Made by a program: the position numbers and the translations under genes. The notes under the pieces are model-generated. The model was not told the origin of the DNA. It did not search any database and saw only the letters and a list, made by a program, of their open reading frames with translations. From Octopus vulgaris (taxonomy: Eukaryota): 64,000 bases of DNA. This document shows positions 42,690 to 55,911 of this stretch, piece after piece. Position 1 is the first letter of the stretch; the number at the start of each line of letters is the position of its first letter. The stretch is taken from assembly GCA_951406725.2 (NCBI GenBank), contig OX597821.1:60140001-60204000 (forward strand), read 5' to 3'.

Positions 42690-44460
42690 CTCTTCCCAAT
42701 TACTACTACTCATCCTTATAAATGTAGGGTAGACATTTATTTCCTCTATGGCAAAACACCTATTTTTGTCCCAATTACTACTACTCACCCTTAAAATGTA
42801 GGGTAAACATGTTTTACCTCTATGGCAAAACACCTGTTCTTGTCCCAATTACTACTACTCACCCTTATAATGTAGAGTAGACATTTATTTCCTCTATAGC
42901 AAAACACCTGTTCTTGTCCCAATTACTACCACTCACCCTTATAATGTAGGGTAGACATTTATTTCCTCTATGGCAAAACATCTGTTCTTGTCCCAATTAC
43001 TACCACTCACCCTTATAATGTAGGGTAGACATGTTTTCCTCTATGGCAAAACACCTGTTCTTGTCCCAATTACTACCACTCACCCTTATAATGTAGGGTA
43101 GACATTTATTTCCTCTATGGCAAAACACCTGTTCTTGTCCCAATTACTACCACTCACCCTTATAATGTACGGTAGACATGTTTTCCTCTATGGCAAAACA
43201 CCTGTTCTTGTCCCAATTACTACCACTCACCCTTATAATGTAGGGTAGACATGTTTTCCTCTATGGCAAAACACCTGTTCTTATCCCAATTACTACTACT
43301 CACCCTTATAATGTAGAGTAGACATTTATTTCCTCTATAGCAAAACACCTGTTCTTGTCCCAATTACTACCACTCACCCTTATAATGTAGGGTAGACATT
43401 TATTTCCTCTATGGCAAAACACCTGTTCTTGTCCCAATTACTACCACTCACCCTTATAATGTAGGGTAGACATGTTTTCCTCTATAGCAAAACACATGTT
43501 CTTGTCCCAATCACTACCACTCACCCTTATAATGTAGGGTAGACATTTATTTCCTCCATGGCAAAACACCTGTTCTTGTCCCAATTACTACTTCTCACCC
43601 TTATAATGTAGGGTAGACATTTATTTCCTCTATAGCAAAACACCTGTTCTTGTCCCAATTACTACTACTCACCCTTATAATGTAGGGTAGACATGTTTTC
43701 CTCTATGGCAAAACACCTGTTCTTGTCCCAATTACTACTACTCACCCTTATAATGTAGGGTAGACATGTTTTCCTCTATGGCAAAACACCTGTTCTTGTC
43801 CCAATTACTACCACTCACCCTTATAATGTAGGGTAGACATGTTTTCCTCTATGGCAAAACACCTATTCTTGTCCCAATTACTACTACTCACCCTTATAAT
43901 GTAGGATAGACATGTTTTCCTCTATGGCAAAACACCTGTTCTTGTCCCAATTAGTACCACTCACCCTTATAATGTAGGGTAGACATGTTTTCCTCTATGG
44001 CAAAACACCTGTTCTTATCCCAATTACTACCACTCACCCTTATAATGTAGGGTAGACATGTTTTCCTCTATGGCAAAACACCTGTTCTTGTCCCAATTAC
44101 TACCACTCACCCTTATAATGTAGGGTAGACATGTTTTCCTCTATAGCAAAACACCTGTTCTTGTCCCAATTACTACTACTCACCCTTATAAAGTAGGGTA
44201 GACATGTTTTCCTCTATGGCAAAACACCTGTTCTTGTCCCAATTACTACCACTCACCCTTATAATGTAGGGTAGACATGTTTTACCATAATGGCAAAAAC
44301 ACCTGTTCTTGTCCCAATTACTACCACTCACCCTTATAATGTAGGGTAGACATTTATTTCCTCTATGGCAAAACACCTGTTCTTGTCCCAATTACTACCA
44401 CTCACCCTTATAATGCAGGGTAGACATGTATTTCCTCTATAGCAAGACACCTGTTCTTGA
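42690..44460. repeat. Minisatellite, about 24 copies of a 73-74 bp unit
   Basis: Consensus cttgtcccaattactaccactcacccttataatgtagggtagacatgttttcctctatggcaaaacacctgtt; head-to-tail with no unique spacers. Confidence 0.97.
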
Positions 44461-45740
44461 CCCTCTATCATACTTTAACCTCTCGATACCTGACAAAAAG
44501 CCACCTCCCCACTTCCTAACATCCCACCACCACTCCTATTTAGCCATGGGAACTTTTTCTTCTTTCCTGATCATTTTTGAATTGCAACTTACTCATTGAA
44601 CTTCACTTGCACTGGTGGCACAAAAAAGAGTACTTAGTTCACATTGTAAGGTGGTTGGCATTAGGAAGGGCATCTGGGTACAGAAAACATGCCAAAGCTG
44701 ACACTGGAGTTCAGCATAGACCAGTGGTTTGTCAGATCCTGTCAAACTGTCCAACCTATGGCAACAAGGAAAATGAATGATGACAATGTTGCTGATGATG
44801 TATAATCATGCAAAGGTTGAATAATAATAAATTTTCTGCAATTATATCTGAATTTACAGAACTATGTCAACAACAGTGGAATCTTTTATCTCTATCTTTT
44901 ACTCATTTCAGAAATTGGACTGTGGCCATGCTAGGACACAGCCTTGAAAGATTTAGTCATAAAAATCAACCTCAGTACTTATTTATGTCTGGTACTTACT
45001 GTATTCATCTTTTGCTGAACTGCTAAGCTACAGGGATGTAAACAAACAAACATCAATTATCAAGTGGTAGCAGGGGAAGAAACACAGTTACAAAGATGCA
45101 CGCACGTGCATGCACACACACACACACACACACATATATACAACCAGCTTCCACACAGTTTCTGTCTGTCAAATTCACTCACACTTGCCCAAGGTGCTGC
45201 AGAGTGGGACTAAACATAAAAACCATATGGTCATAGACAAGCATTTTAACCACACAAAAACTACTACTTTCTAATAAAGAGCTAAAACACAGTGAATTAA
45301 CTCGGACTGTCATCAACAGGGAGCACTATCTTGCATCACATTATCCCTAACTTGTGAACATGCAAGAAATTCAGCTTATATTTTTTTCTCTGGCACATGG
45401 TGAACTAAAATTAACATTTTATGTACATCTTCAGTGTAGATGGTCATATCTTATTTCATCATCATATATCATTTAACATCCGCTTTCCTATGCTTGCATG
45501 GGTTAGACAGAATTCGTTGAGGTAAATTTTCTATGGCTGGATTACCTTCCGGTTGCCAACCTTTACCTGCTTTCAGTCCAAGTAATATATTCCCATGGGA
45601 TGACATATTTTTAGACAGAAGAATGGAAACAAACACCATTGCTTGTATTATTGTGATACTTGTTTTTACAACCATCACATGATGTCAGGCAGGACAAGAG
45701 CGCATGTGCATGCACACACATAAGCATATACTTACATGTT

Positions 45741-45780
<40 letters not shown>

Positions 45781-46928
45781 CACACATCATACATGCATAC
45801 ACACACACAAATGCTGGTGCTGCATTAACACACTCTTGTCGGTGCTACATAAACACACACATGAAAGTGACACGTAAAAGCACCCAGCACACTCTTAAGT
45901 GGTTGGTGCTAGGAAGGGTATCCAGCCATAGAAACCATGTCACAATAGACAGTTGGAGTCCAGACAGCTCCCTACTAGCCAGCTCCATGTTGAACCTTCT
46001 AACCCATGCAGGCATGGAAACAGATGTTAAATGATGAACAATGGTCACACACACACATATGCATATTAGGTTTCTTTCAGTTTCCATCTACCAGATCCAC
46101 TCACAAGACATTGGTTGATTCTGGGCAATAAATAGAAGACACTTGCCCAAGCTGTTGCACAGTGGGACTGAACCCAAGACTACATGGCCAAGGAGAAAGT
46201 TTCTTAACCACACAGCCACAGCTGTGTCTCATTCTATTTTGGAAATAGTCAATTCTCATGTAATGCTACTACTCCTGTAATACTAGAGTTAATCGATCAG
46301 AGAAAATATCAGGTATAAACACACAGCTTGCCAGCAGACTTTATTAGCTTATTTATAAATTACAGTTAGAACAAAACAAGCCTTTGGCTTCTAATTACTT
46401 GACTACTACTAAAGTACATACTCAGCTATGGGACTACCAATAATAAATATATAAACTTGTATGCTGACTAACTATGTGGTTAAGAAGCTGGTTTCCTAAT
46501 CATGTGGTCATGGCTTCAATACATTGTGTGGCACTTTGGGCAAGTGTATTCTACTATAGCCTCAGGTCAATCAAAACCTTGTGTGTGGATTATGCAGATG
46601 GAAACAGAAAGAAGCCAACCCATGCTAGCATGGAAAACGGATGCTAAATGAATGATCTGTGTGTAGCCTTGTCTAGACATCACGTGATGGCTGTTAAAGA
46701 GCATCACTGTCATAGAAGCAATGTTGTTTGTTTCCAGTCTTCTGTGAAAAACGTGTCTGGCCCATGGAGAAATGCTACCTGGCTTGGAAGCAGGGGAGAA
46801 TTGGTCACAAGAAGGGCATTCAACCATTGAAAATCCACCTCAACAAACTGTGTATGACCCCACACAAGCATGGAAAAGTGAACATTAAACGACAATGATG
46901 ATGATGACAATACGTACAATCTGTTTAA

Positions 46929-47149
46929 CCCTTTTGATACCAACCCAGCTGAAACCACCTCTGGCTCTGTAGTACGAATGTCTTCTTTTCATAAGTTTTG
47001 AATTAAAATCTTCCACTAAACCTAAGTCACAATTATGTTCCTAACACTATCTTAATGATAACTAAGTTATTTTACTAACTCTTTTGTTATATTTAAGATT
47101 AATTGAAAGAAACACAGAGCATCTCAACAGAAATATGGTAACAGAAAGG
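46929..47149. mobile_element. TTAA-flanked piggyBac-like MITE (same family as 4326-4568, opposite orientation)
   Basis: TTAA|CCCTTTTGATACC...GGTAACAGAAAGG|TTAA; internal sequence is the reverse complement of the 4326 copy. Confidence 0.7.
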
Positions 47150-47609
47150 TTAAAGTGTATTTGAAATGAAACATGTTCATTGCATTGATTTGTCTTTTAT
47201 CTTTTACTCGTTTCAGTCATTAGACTGCAGCCATAATGGGGCACGGCCTTCAAAAATTGTAGTCAAATGAATCGACCCCCAGGACTTACATTTTTTTAAA
47301 CCTGACACTTATTTTATCAGTTTCTTTTGCTGAGCTACTTAGTTATGGGGATGTAAACATACAAACACCAGTTGTCAAGCAATGGTGGGGAATAAACAGA
47401 CACATATATACATATTTTATATACATGGCGTCCATGCCTGTGGCATGTAAAAAGCACCCGCTACACTCTTGGAGTGGTTGGCATTAGGAAGGGCATCCGG
47501 CTGTAGAAACACTGCCAGATCAGACTGGGGCCTGGTGCAGCCTCCTGGCTTTCCAGACCCCGGTCAAACCGTCCAACCCATGCTAGCATGGAAAGCGGAC
47601 ATTAAATGA

Positions 47610-47646
<37 letters not shown>

Positions 47647-48818
47647 CGATGGGCATTTGTTTTCCTCCTTTTTATGGTTGATAACAAAGCACCAGTTCAG
47701 GATGATGTGATTGGCAGAATTGTTGAAGTACCAGATGGGTTGCCTCATGACGCCAGTTTGAAGTCTGCACTCTGAAAAAAGTCAATGGCTTTGGTCATCA
47801 TCACCATCATCCTCTTTTAATGTCCATTTTCCATGCTGGCATGGGTTAGATGGTTTCACAGGAGCTAGACAGTCAGAAGACCATGCCAAACTCTTCTGTC
47901 TGCTTTCGTAAGGTTTCAAATGTTCGATGCCCTTCTTAAACTGTACTGCTCCTAAAACAGTTACCTTTCTCTTGAACAGTATCAGTGGCATGGAGAGGAG
48001 AGATTTCCATTTAAAGGCAACTGTCAGACTTCCACAAAAAAGAAAATTAGAGGTAAAAAAAAAATTTGCCCAACCTGCATAAACATGAGATACTTGGACA
48101 ACCATACCTGATAGAAGACCCAGAAAACCTAACTATTCCAATGTGAAGTTAGAATAGTACCTTTATCCTAAAGTAGGCAGAAGTATATATCATGCATCTT
48201 GCTTAGGAATACTGTAAAATAGTTCTAACTTAAATGTGAATTTATGTTCACTGGATCAATAATTTAACAATTTAATGACTTAGCTACCACAGTTTTAAAA
48301 TTAGGGCTAAAAATTACTAAAAGATCTGGTATTTATAAAATTACTAATAGATCTGGTATTTATGAGTCATAATCACCAACAAATTAAATGTATTATTAAA
48401 ACGGTGAGCTTAATTATTTTCAATGTTTTCAATATAAGAAATAATCAAATCCCATTAAGGTTAAATATGATAATTAGGAAAAAGATATTAGGAAATAGTT
48501 AACATTATTCTCTGGTTAAACAAAAAGGCAGGCAATTTGTCATCATTAGTAGAAAGACAATTTTCACTATTGCTTGTTAGTTTTGTAGCAACTAAGAGCA
48601 GGTAGGGTTTGGGGTTCAGTCCCACTATGTGGCACTTTGCTAAGTGTCATCTGCTATAGCCTCAGGCTTTGTGAGTGGATTTGGTAGACAGAAACTGAAA
48701 GGAACTAACTGTGTGCGAAAATATGGGAGTGTATGTGTGGGTGTACGTGTATTTCACTGTTTCACTAAGGTAAGATCAACAAAAAAGTAGTCCATCCGTT
48801 GTGAGAAAAAATATTTAA

Positions 48819-49015
48819 TGTACACAATATAAAGATATGAGGCTACAAATAGTTTCTTGCATTGGAGACATGAGTCCAGGTAAGTTTTTATAACATGCCT
48901 TGTGTCTGCAAGCAATCTTTGAGCTTGGAGATATAAGGCACTTTATAAAAACTTGTCTGGACCACTGTCTCCTAGCAAGAAACTTTTAATAGCTTGTATC
49001 TTTACAATGTGTACA
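48819..49015. repeat. Foldback (palindromic) MITE-like element
   Basis: About 90-bp imperfect inverted arms (TGTACACA...AGTTTCTTGC...GTCCAGGTAAGTTTTTATAA / TTATAAAAACTTGTCTGGAC...GCAAGAAACT...TGTGTACA) around a short loop. Confidence 0.75.
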
Positions 49016-49077
49016 GTAAATGATATACATCATCATCGTTGTTTAATGTGATATATATATATATATATATATATATA

Positions 49078-49690
49078 GGTAAACAGTAAAAATAATTACA
49101 GACATGGACAAGAACATGAAACGCCACAGAGACGACACAAGAACCACAGGACGGGACATTCGAAGCCCTCAGTCATCAGTCAAGAACCAGATCATCTTAG
49201 CAATTTCGGCTGATTAATCTTGAGATTGCTCCGATATGGGCAGCCCGCCAAGGGAAATCTAAGCCAAGTGCATTAGATCCCCTGGAAGAAAGCTTCGAAT
49301 GTATACAACACGAGGACGGAAAACGAACGAAGTACACGAACAAAAATACAGAATACATGACAACAATAAGAATACAAAAACGTAAAAACAATAACGGTAA
49401 AAATAAAAAATAAAAAATAAACAACAAAACAAAACCAGGACGTAGGACAAGGGTCTTTCGACAGGACGAATTGAGTATGGGGCTGGCTTATGAAGTTGTG
49501 CCTAATGGCCACAGGGAGACGAACAAATACGTGTTGCTTCAGCGGCTGCTGGAACGAAAAGAGCGCTCAACAGCGGCTAGCGGTCACGTGAGAACAAAAG
49601 ACAAGAGAAAGGGACAGATGAAAAGAGAGAGAAGGTGGACGAGGGAGGAGAATATACAAAGTGAGATAGGGGTTATGAGTGTAACCCACT
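49078..49690 (-). mobile_element. Young CpG-rich unclassified repeat carrying a candidate permuted hammerhead (49164-49230)
   Basis: CpG retained in a CpG-depleted intron; pyrimidine-rich 5' part with CACGTGAC; ends in (TA)n; layout similar to the element at about 31880-32575. Confidence 0.6.
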
Positions 49691-49822
49691 ATGGGATATC
49701 CGTTATCCAATATACTGCCAGTGAAGTACCCAAAAGGCTAATACATAAATGCTTACAATTGTAATGCAATTAGTTCATTTATTGTATTAGATGGGCGAAG
49801 GTAAAATGTTTTACCTCAAATC

Positions 49823-50141
49823 ATAATACAAACAAGAAAATGGAGGAACAGATTCTTTTCAATCATCAACTTACAGATAATACCAATTCATATAATTTAT
49901 TCTCAATACATTTGACTAATATAGGCACAATGAGATACCTTTATCTACAGGCTGAAACAGCTGTAAGATCCATTTTATATGTAATATTTTTATGGTATTA
50001 TCTTACTTATTGATGTATATTGTTTTATTCTGTTGGATTTGGATGTTCCTATTTAATTAGTTAATAAATTATATGAACTGGTATTATCTGTAAGTTGATG
50101 ATTGAAAGGAATCTGTTCCTCCATTTTCTTATTTGTATTAT
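49823..50141. repeat. Element with 79-bp near-perfect terminal inverted repeats
   Basis: 49823-49901 is the reverse complement of 50063-50141 with about 3 mismatches. Confidence 0.8.
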
Positions 50142-50223
50142 ATATATATATAGATATAGATATAGATGCTAATATCAAACAGTGAGAATGAGTGCTCAAC
50201 ATCACATTGGTGGATAAATATTC

Positions 50224-50440
50224 TTTATTCGTGGAGTAAGTAGACTACCATTGGTTTCATGCAGGGAGGGATATCTACTAAAAATTATTTAAGTTTGTAC
50301 TTTGGGACATTAGTGTTCGTCTCCTGTTTTTATCCAAGATAGAGCCAAACACCAATGTCCCAAGGTACAGACATGAATAATTGCTAGGAAATATCTCTCC
50401 CAACATGAAACTAATGGTAGTCTGGTTACCCAATGAATAA
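50224..50440. repeat. Foldback (palindromic) MITE-like element
   Basis: About 95-bp imperfect arms (TTTATTC...AGACTACCATTGGTTTCATG...TTGGGACATTAGTGTT / AACACCAATGTCCCAAGG...CATGAAACTAATGGTAGTCT...GAATAAA). Confidence 0.75.
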
Positions 50441-52006
50441 AAAGTGTGTGTGTGTCTGCACGCGTGCGTGCATGTCTTCTTGTTTTGACTTCACACCATA
50501 TTTATAAAATAAGTGTCGTCATCAAGCAAGCAGTGTCTTGTTTCCATGGAAACATGTCTGGTCTTTGAGAAATATTACCTTACTTGGAAACAAGTGAGTG
50601 TTGGCAATGGGAAAAGCATCCAGCCAAAGAAAATCAACTTCAACAAATTCTGTGTTACCCATTCAAGCATGGAAAAGTGGATGTAAAAAGGGTGATGATG
50701 GCTAATTATAATACTGGCATGCTTGTAATAATTAGTGGTGCTAAGAAATGATACTGCTGATAATTAATTACTCTGTCTATGCACAGTAATTCATTTGGCA
50801 ATAAACAATATCTTTTACCTTTTACTTGTTTCAGTCATTAGACTGTGGCCATGCTGGGGCACCACTTTGAAGAACCTTTAGTCAAATGAATTGACCCCAG
50901 TATTTTTTTTTTGTTTATTCTATCGATCTCTTTTGCTGAACCTCTAAGTTACAGGGACATAAAACACACCAGCACCAGTTGTCAAGTGGTGGTGGGGAAC
51001 AAACACACACACACACACACATATATGATGGGCTTCTTTCAGTTTCCGTCTACCAAATCCACTCACAAGGATTTGGTCAGCCGAAGGCTATAGCAGAAGA
51101 CATTTGCCCAAGGTGCCATGTAGTGGGACTGAACCCGGAACCATGTGGTTGGGAAGCAAGCTTTCAGTCATATTTCTTATATCAAATGTAGAAGAAGTAA
51201 CTATAGTTAGTAATATAGATTCAATGATAAGGAGACTGCAAAAAAAATGTTATACTACTGCTCCAACTCATTTCTAGTTATTTCCAAATTAGAGATGATT
51301 TAGAAGATTAAATTTAGCAAATCAATTTTGTTTTCTTTCAACAAGAAATATTTTTCCTTTTGGCAAAAGGAAAATAACATCTTATGTTCTAACCTTGCGT
51401 AACATTTGTCTCTTTTAACCTACATTAATAGATATCTAAATATTGTAAACTATGGCTTTACTATTTTTTATTGTAAACTATGGCTTTACTATTTTTTTTT
51501 AATCTCTTCCAATCTAGACAAAATTATAAGAAAGTATTTGAAAATGGGCATAAGCATAGCTGTGTGGTTTATAGGATCGGACCCACTGTGGCAAGTGTCT
51601 TCTTCTATAGCCCTGGGCTAACCAAAGCCTTGAGAGTGGATTTGTTAGATAGAAACTGATAGAAGTCCCTCATACGTGTGTACGTGTATGTGTTTGTCAA
51701 ACCTCTATCCCAACAGCTTGGCAACTGGTGTTGGTTTGTTTACATTCTTGTGACTTAGCAGTTCAGAAAAAGAGACAAGGCTTATAAAATAAGTACTGGG
51801 GTTAAATTGTTTGACTGAAAAACTTTCAAGGTGAAGCCCCAGCATGACCACAACCCAGTGACTGAAACCAGTAAAAGAAAACCCATATGGCTACTAAACT
51901 AGGATATTGCATCACTATAGATACTATTGTATGTTCTTAACGAGTTTGTTTCCATGGTAATTATTATTCTCAATACCTTGATTTCTACATGACTCATCAT
52001 TTTTAA

Positions 52007-52209
52007 CCCTTTAGCATTTAATACAGCCATATCCAGCCCAAATATTCTGCCTGTTTTATGCTAGATCCAACCTCTCACACCAACCCTACAATGTCATTCT
52101 AAAAACAAACAACCGCATCATCGAAATCTCAATGCTTTGAGATAATGCATAATAAATTCAAAACATTGTGAATAGGCAGAATGTTAGAGTGAATCAGAAT
52201 GCTAAAGAG
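52007..52209. mobile_element. Second TTAA-flanked piggyBac-like MITE family
   Basis: TTAA|CCCTTTAGCATT...AATGCTAAAGAG|CTAA. Confidence 0.6.
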
Positions 52210-53375
52210 CTAATGTCTACTATGGGTTAGATTGAAAATGTTGAGATGGGTTTTATTTTCTATGGCCAGATGCCCTTCCTGTTACGAATCCTCACCTGCT
52301 TCCAAGTAAGGTAACACTTCCCTATGGCCAGACATGTTTTTATGAAGGACTGGAAATGAAGGACACCACTTGTATGAAGGTGACATTCATTTACAATCAT
52401 CATGTAATGTCAAGACACAGAGACAATAATACACACACACACACACATTAACATAGAATGGGGTTCTTTCAGTTTCCATCTACCACATCCACTCACAAGG
52501 CTTTGGTCGGCTAGTAGCTATAATACAAGGCACTGCCAAATGTGCTACACAGTGGGACTAAACCTGAAGTTATGTAGCTGGAAAGCATGTTAAATTGAAC
52601 TGCTGGAAATAGTAACCAAAACTCTCTTAATCATCTTAAAATATAATAAAACACATTGAATAACAAATTCTCAGATATGGCTGTATGGATCAGAGTTCAC
52701 TGCAAAACAGTCTGGTTTCATGTTCTGTCCTACTTCATGGCAATTTAGACAAATGTCTTATAGGCCAATCAATTCCTTGAGAGTAGAATTGATAGACAGA
52801 AACTATTGTGTGTGTTTGTGCTGACATCTACATGTTCACATGACAGCATCTAAACAAAATGGTAATATCTGATGGCATAAAGGACAAACAGGTATATTAG
52901 ACACACCCCAATTTCAGAAGCATATATTGAGGAAAACTGTTTTAAGGTAGTCAACCTAAAAGGAGGCCTAACTTTGCATATGGAACCTGGGGGTGATATT
53001 TTGAGATATTTTTTCATGTAAAAAGTGTATTTTATATACTAATATAGTACTCTCAGCAAACAGTATATCCAGCTAGTGGAATAAAAAGAAATCCCTAATT
53101 TGAAAAACAGTTAAGGGCTGGCAACAAGAAGGGCATCAGGCTGTAAAATGCTACCTCAAATAAGTCTTTGTCCAACCCATACCAGCACAAAAAAACATAC
53201 ATATAAGTGATTATAAAAATATAAGAGATGGTCACAGCTTACAAGCTCAGTTGGGCCAACTTGGGGCTAAACAATAATTCTTATTCTGACTTACATTTAA
53301 AAAAATATTAGTTATGACTTTTAACGAAAAAGCAGTAGAGATGTCAGGTGCACATTGTTATGGAATCTTCTAGAT

Positions 53376-53641
53376 CAGCAGTTCCTAACAGAGGTGCATA
53401 TGACCTGGGGGGGGGGGGTATATTTAGGATTTTGCTGTTAAAATCTAATTGCAATAAATTGGTTTCACTTCGACAATAGACAAAATAATTTAACAATATT
53501 TTTATACAATTCCTAATAATGTTTAATTATAAAAATATAATGAGATTTTTTAAACATGGAGTGGTTATGAAGGTCCACCTGAGTAAAACAGGAATTAAAT
53601 GGGTCCATGGGAACAAAAAAAAGATTGTTGAGAAACCACTG
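53376..53641. mobile_element. hAT (Charlie-like) MITE
   Basis: TIRs CAGCAGTTCCTAAC / GTTGAGAAACCACTG; imperfect 8-bp TSD ttctagat / ctctaaat. Confidence 0.7.
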
Positions 53642-54266
53642 CTCTAAATGGTAATTCAACTTGCTACATGTGGCTGCGATATTTAGCAGCTATGTTTCCC
53701 TCAAACCATGTGCTATTGACTTGAGAAAAGAAAGGACATGTTAGAATATGTAGAGTTAAATATACTACCAAAAAGGGATGGTCATGGCTGGAATGCCTTT
53801 GATCATAGGTCTGTCTGCTCAACAAGGATTGACTTGGGACTAAACAAACAACTACTAACAAATAAGTTGTGATAATCAGGGAGCTTCTACATGGTTACTA
53901 AACCTGCAAAAATTATTAGCCAAATCCCTCCCAAAAAAGAACATAGGAATAATTCTTTCTATCATGGGCACAAGGCCTGAATTTTAGCAGGGAAGGGGCC
54001 AGTCGATTACACTGACCCCAGTACACAACTGGTACTTAATTTATCAACCTCGAGAGGATGAAAGGCAAAATCAACCTCTGCGGAATTTGAACTCAGAACA
54101 TAGCGGCAGACAAAATAGCGCTAAGCATTTCACCCGGTGTGCTAACGATTCTGCCAGCTCACTGCCTTAAGAACATAAGAATAATGTAACTAGAACTAAA
54201 TTATCCAAACAAAACACACACACATACAGACATCATATAAACATTTGTTTAAATTATGCAGATTAC

Positions 54267-54309
54267 CTTGGTGTTCTGCTTTTTTGAATTATTCTAAGTC
54301 CCTTGACTA
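54267..54309 (-). CDS. Probable second coding exon (43 nt; VVKGLRIIQKSRTP) of the minus-strand gene
   Basis: Acceptor cttattttcag and donor AAG|GTAATC. Reads open in the phase-1 frame left by the 57870 donor and ends in phase 2. Confidence 0.55.
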
Positions 54310-55870
54310 CTGAAAATAAGGTTGGACAATTGCCATGCTAATGGCTAAAGTGTCTGTAACTCTACTCATCACCAAACAATAAGCTTGTCCTTTTCTTTAA
54401 TGGCATATCAACTCTGGAGAAATTCTTGATTATTGAGATTACCTCCCTTTATCATGTGCAGCTGGTCATAATTGCCATTTGGTAATTTTGATACATCTTC
54501 TAGAGGCAGAGATAATTTCAATAAATCAAGAATCTATGTTGTGTGGTATTTGATATACCTGTATATGACTATGTTGTTCAAATACATGCCACTGGCCACT
54601 CTGAATTTTTATTTCCCACCACTGTCTATCTATTTGGCTCTACCTCTAATTCATTCTCTCTCTCTGTCTTCTAAATGTGAGTAGGTATGTAACTCTTCTA
54701 CAACAAAAAGATGCTCCACTCCAACCTCTTCCTTCATATCTTAATCACATGTAAAATATGGATACAGCATCCTCCCTCTCTAGGTTTGTTGACTTGTATG
54801 AACAACATGGTAACCCCAATTGTGCCAGTGACATGAAAAACTTGCAGTACACACTGTAAAGTGATTGATGTTGGGAACAGCATCCAGCTTCAGAAACTAT
54901 GTCAAAGCAGACAGTGAAGTACAAAGCAGCTCTTTTAACCCATCAGATCCTTGTCAACAGTCCAACCCACACCAGCATGGAACATGGACATTAAAAGAGG
55001 GTTACGGCATATATGTGTGTGTGTGGCATGTGGCCAAGTGGCTAGTGTTGGGGTCGAGGGCTCAGTTCCTGCACAGGGCTGCACGTTATGTCCTTGAGCA
55101 AGGCATTTCATTTCATGTTATTCCAACTTACTCAGCTGTAAATAACTAGCAGCCAAGTGCCGGCATGGTCGCTTCCTCTCCTCCCAGTTCCCAAATCATC
55201 AATATTAAGCTGGGTTGAGGGTAGGAAAGCTCAGAGCATGTCTACATCTGCTCGCAACTACAGAGGCACCTAGAATGATTAGAGAAAGCACGGTACAAGC
55301 TCGTTATACTCGATCGAGAGTGACGGCTAAACTTAAGCGCGCACACGCATGATTGATATTTTGATATCATTTCCTATTTTTTTACCCAAAATTCTGAAAG
55401 ATATATATCTAATATAAAGAGTTTATGAGAGACCATCGACCTGTTTGAAATAAAAGCAAAATCTCATTCAAACAACATCCTAACGTTTAGCAAAAGATAA
55501 CGCCTTGGTCAAAGCTGGGATAGCTTTTCAAATCATAGGTCTATCTGCTCTGCAGTCTTGACCTTGGGCTAAACAGCGACATGTATGTACATATACACAC
55601 AAAAACAGATAGATGTACAGTTCCCATTTGTTAACGCAAACGTATACAGTAACAGATAGGTCTAGAATAGATATTTGCGGAGTATGGTTTAACTCAGAGG
55701 CGTTTTCATAATTGACAGGTATTTGCTTTAGTCTATCCAGCTGATAACCGGTTCCACAAATGGTTAGCATCAGAAAGGGCAACCATCAGGCCCATGTCGT
55801 AGACAAACGGAATAAATATAAAAGTTGACTTATACACACCTCCATACACAGAACTTTACAAGATATTCGG

Positions 55871-55911
<41 letters not shown>

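Noticed and set aside
42690-44460. CRISPR-like array
   Set aside because: Units are contiguous with no unique spacers, there are no cas genes, and the context is eukaryotic; it is a minisatellite.
47965-48028. Candidate exon SLTVAFKWKSLLSMPLILFKRK
   Set aside because: Needs a weak AAG acceptor to keep phase; the stronger CAG acceptor gives a stop in that frame. Kept only as a mention.
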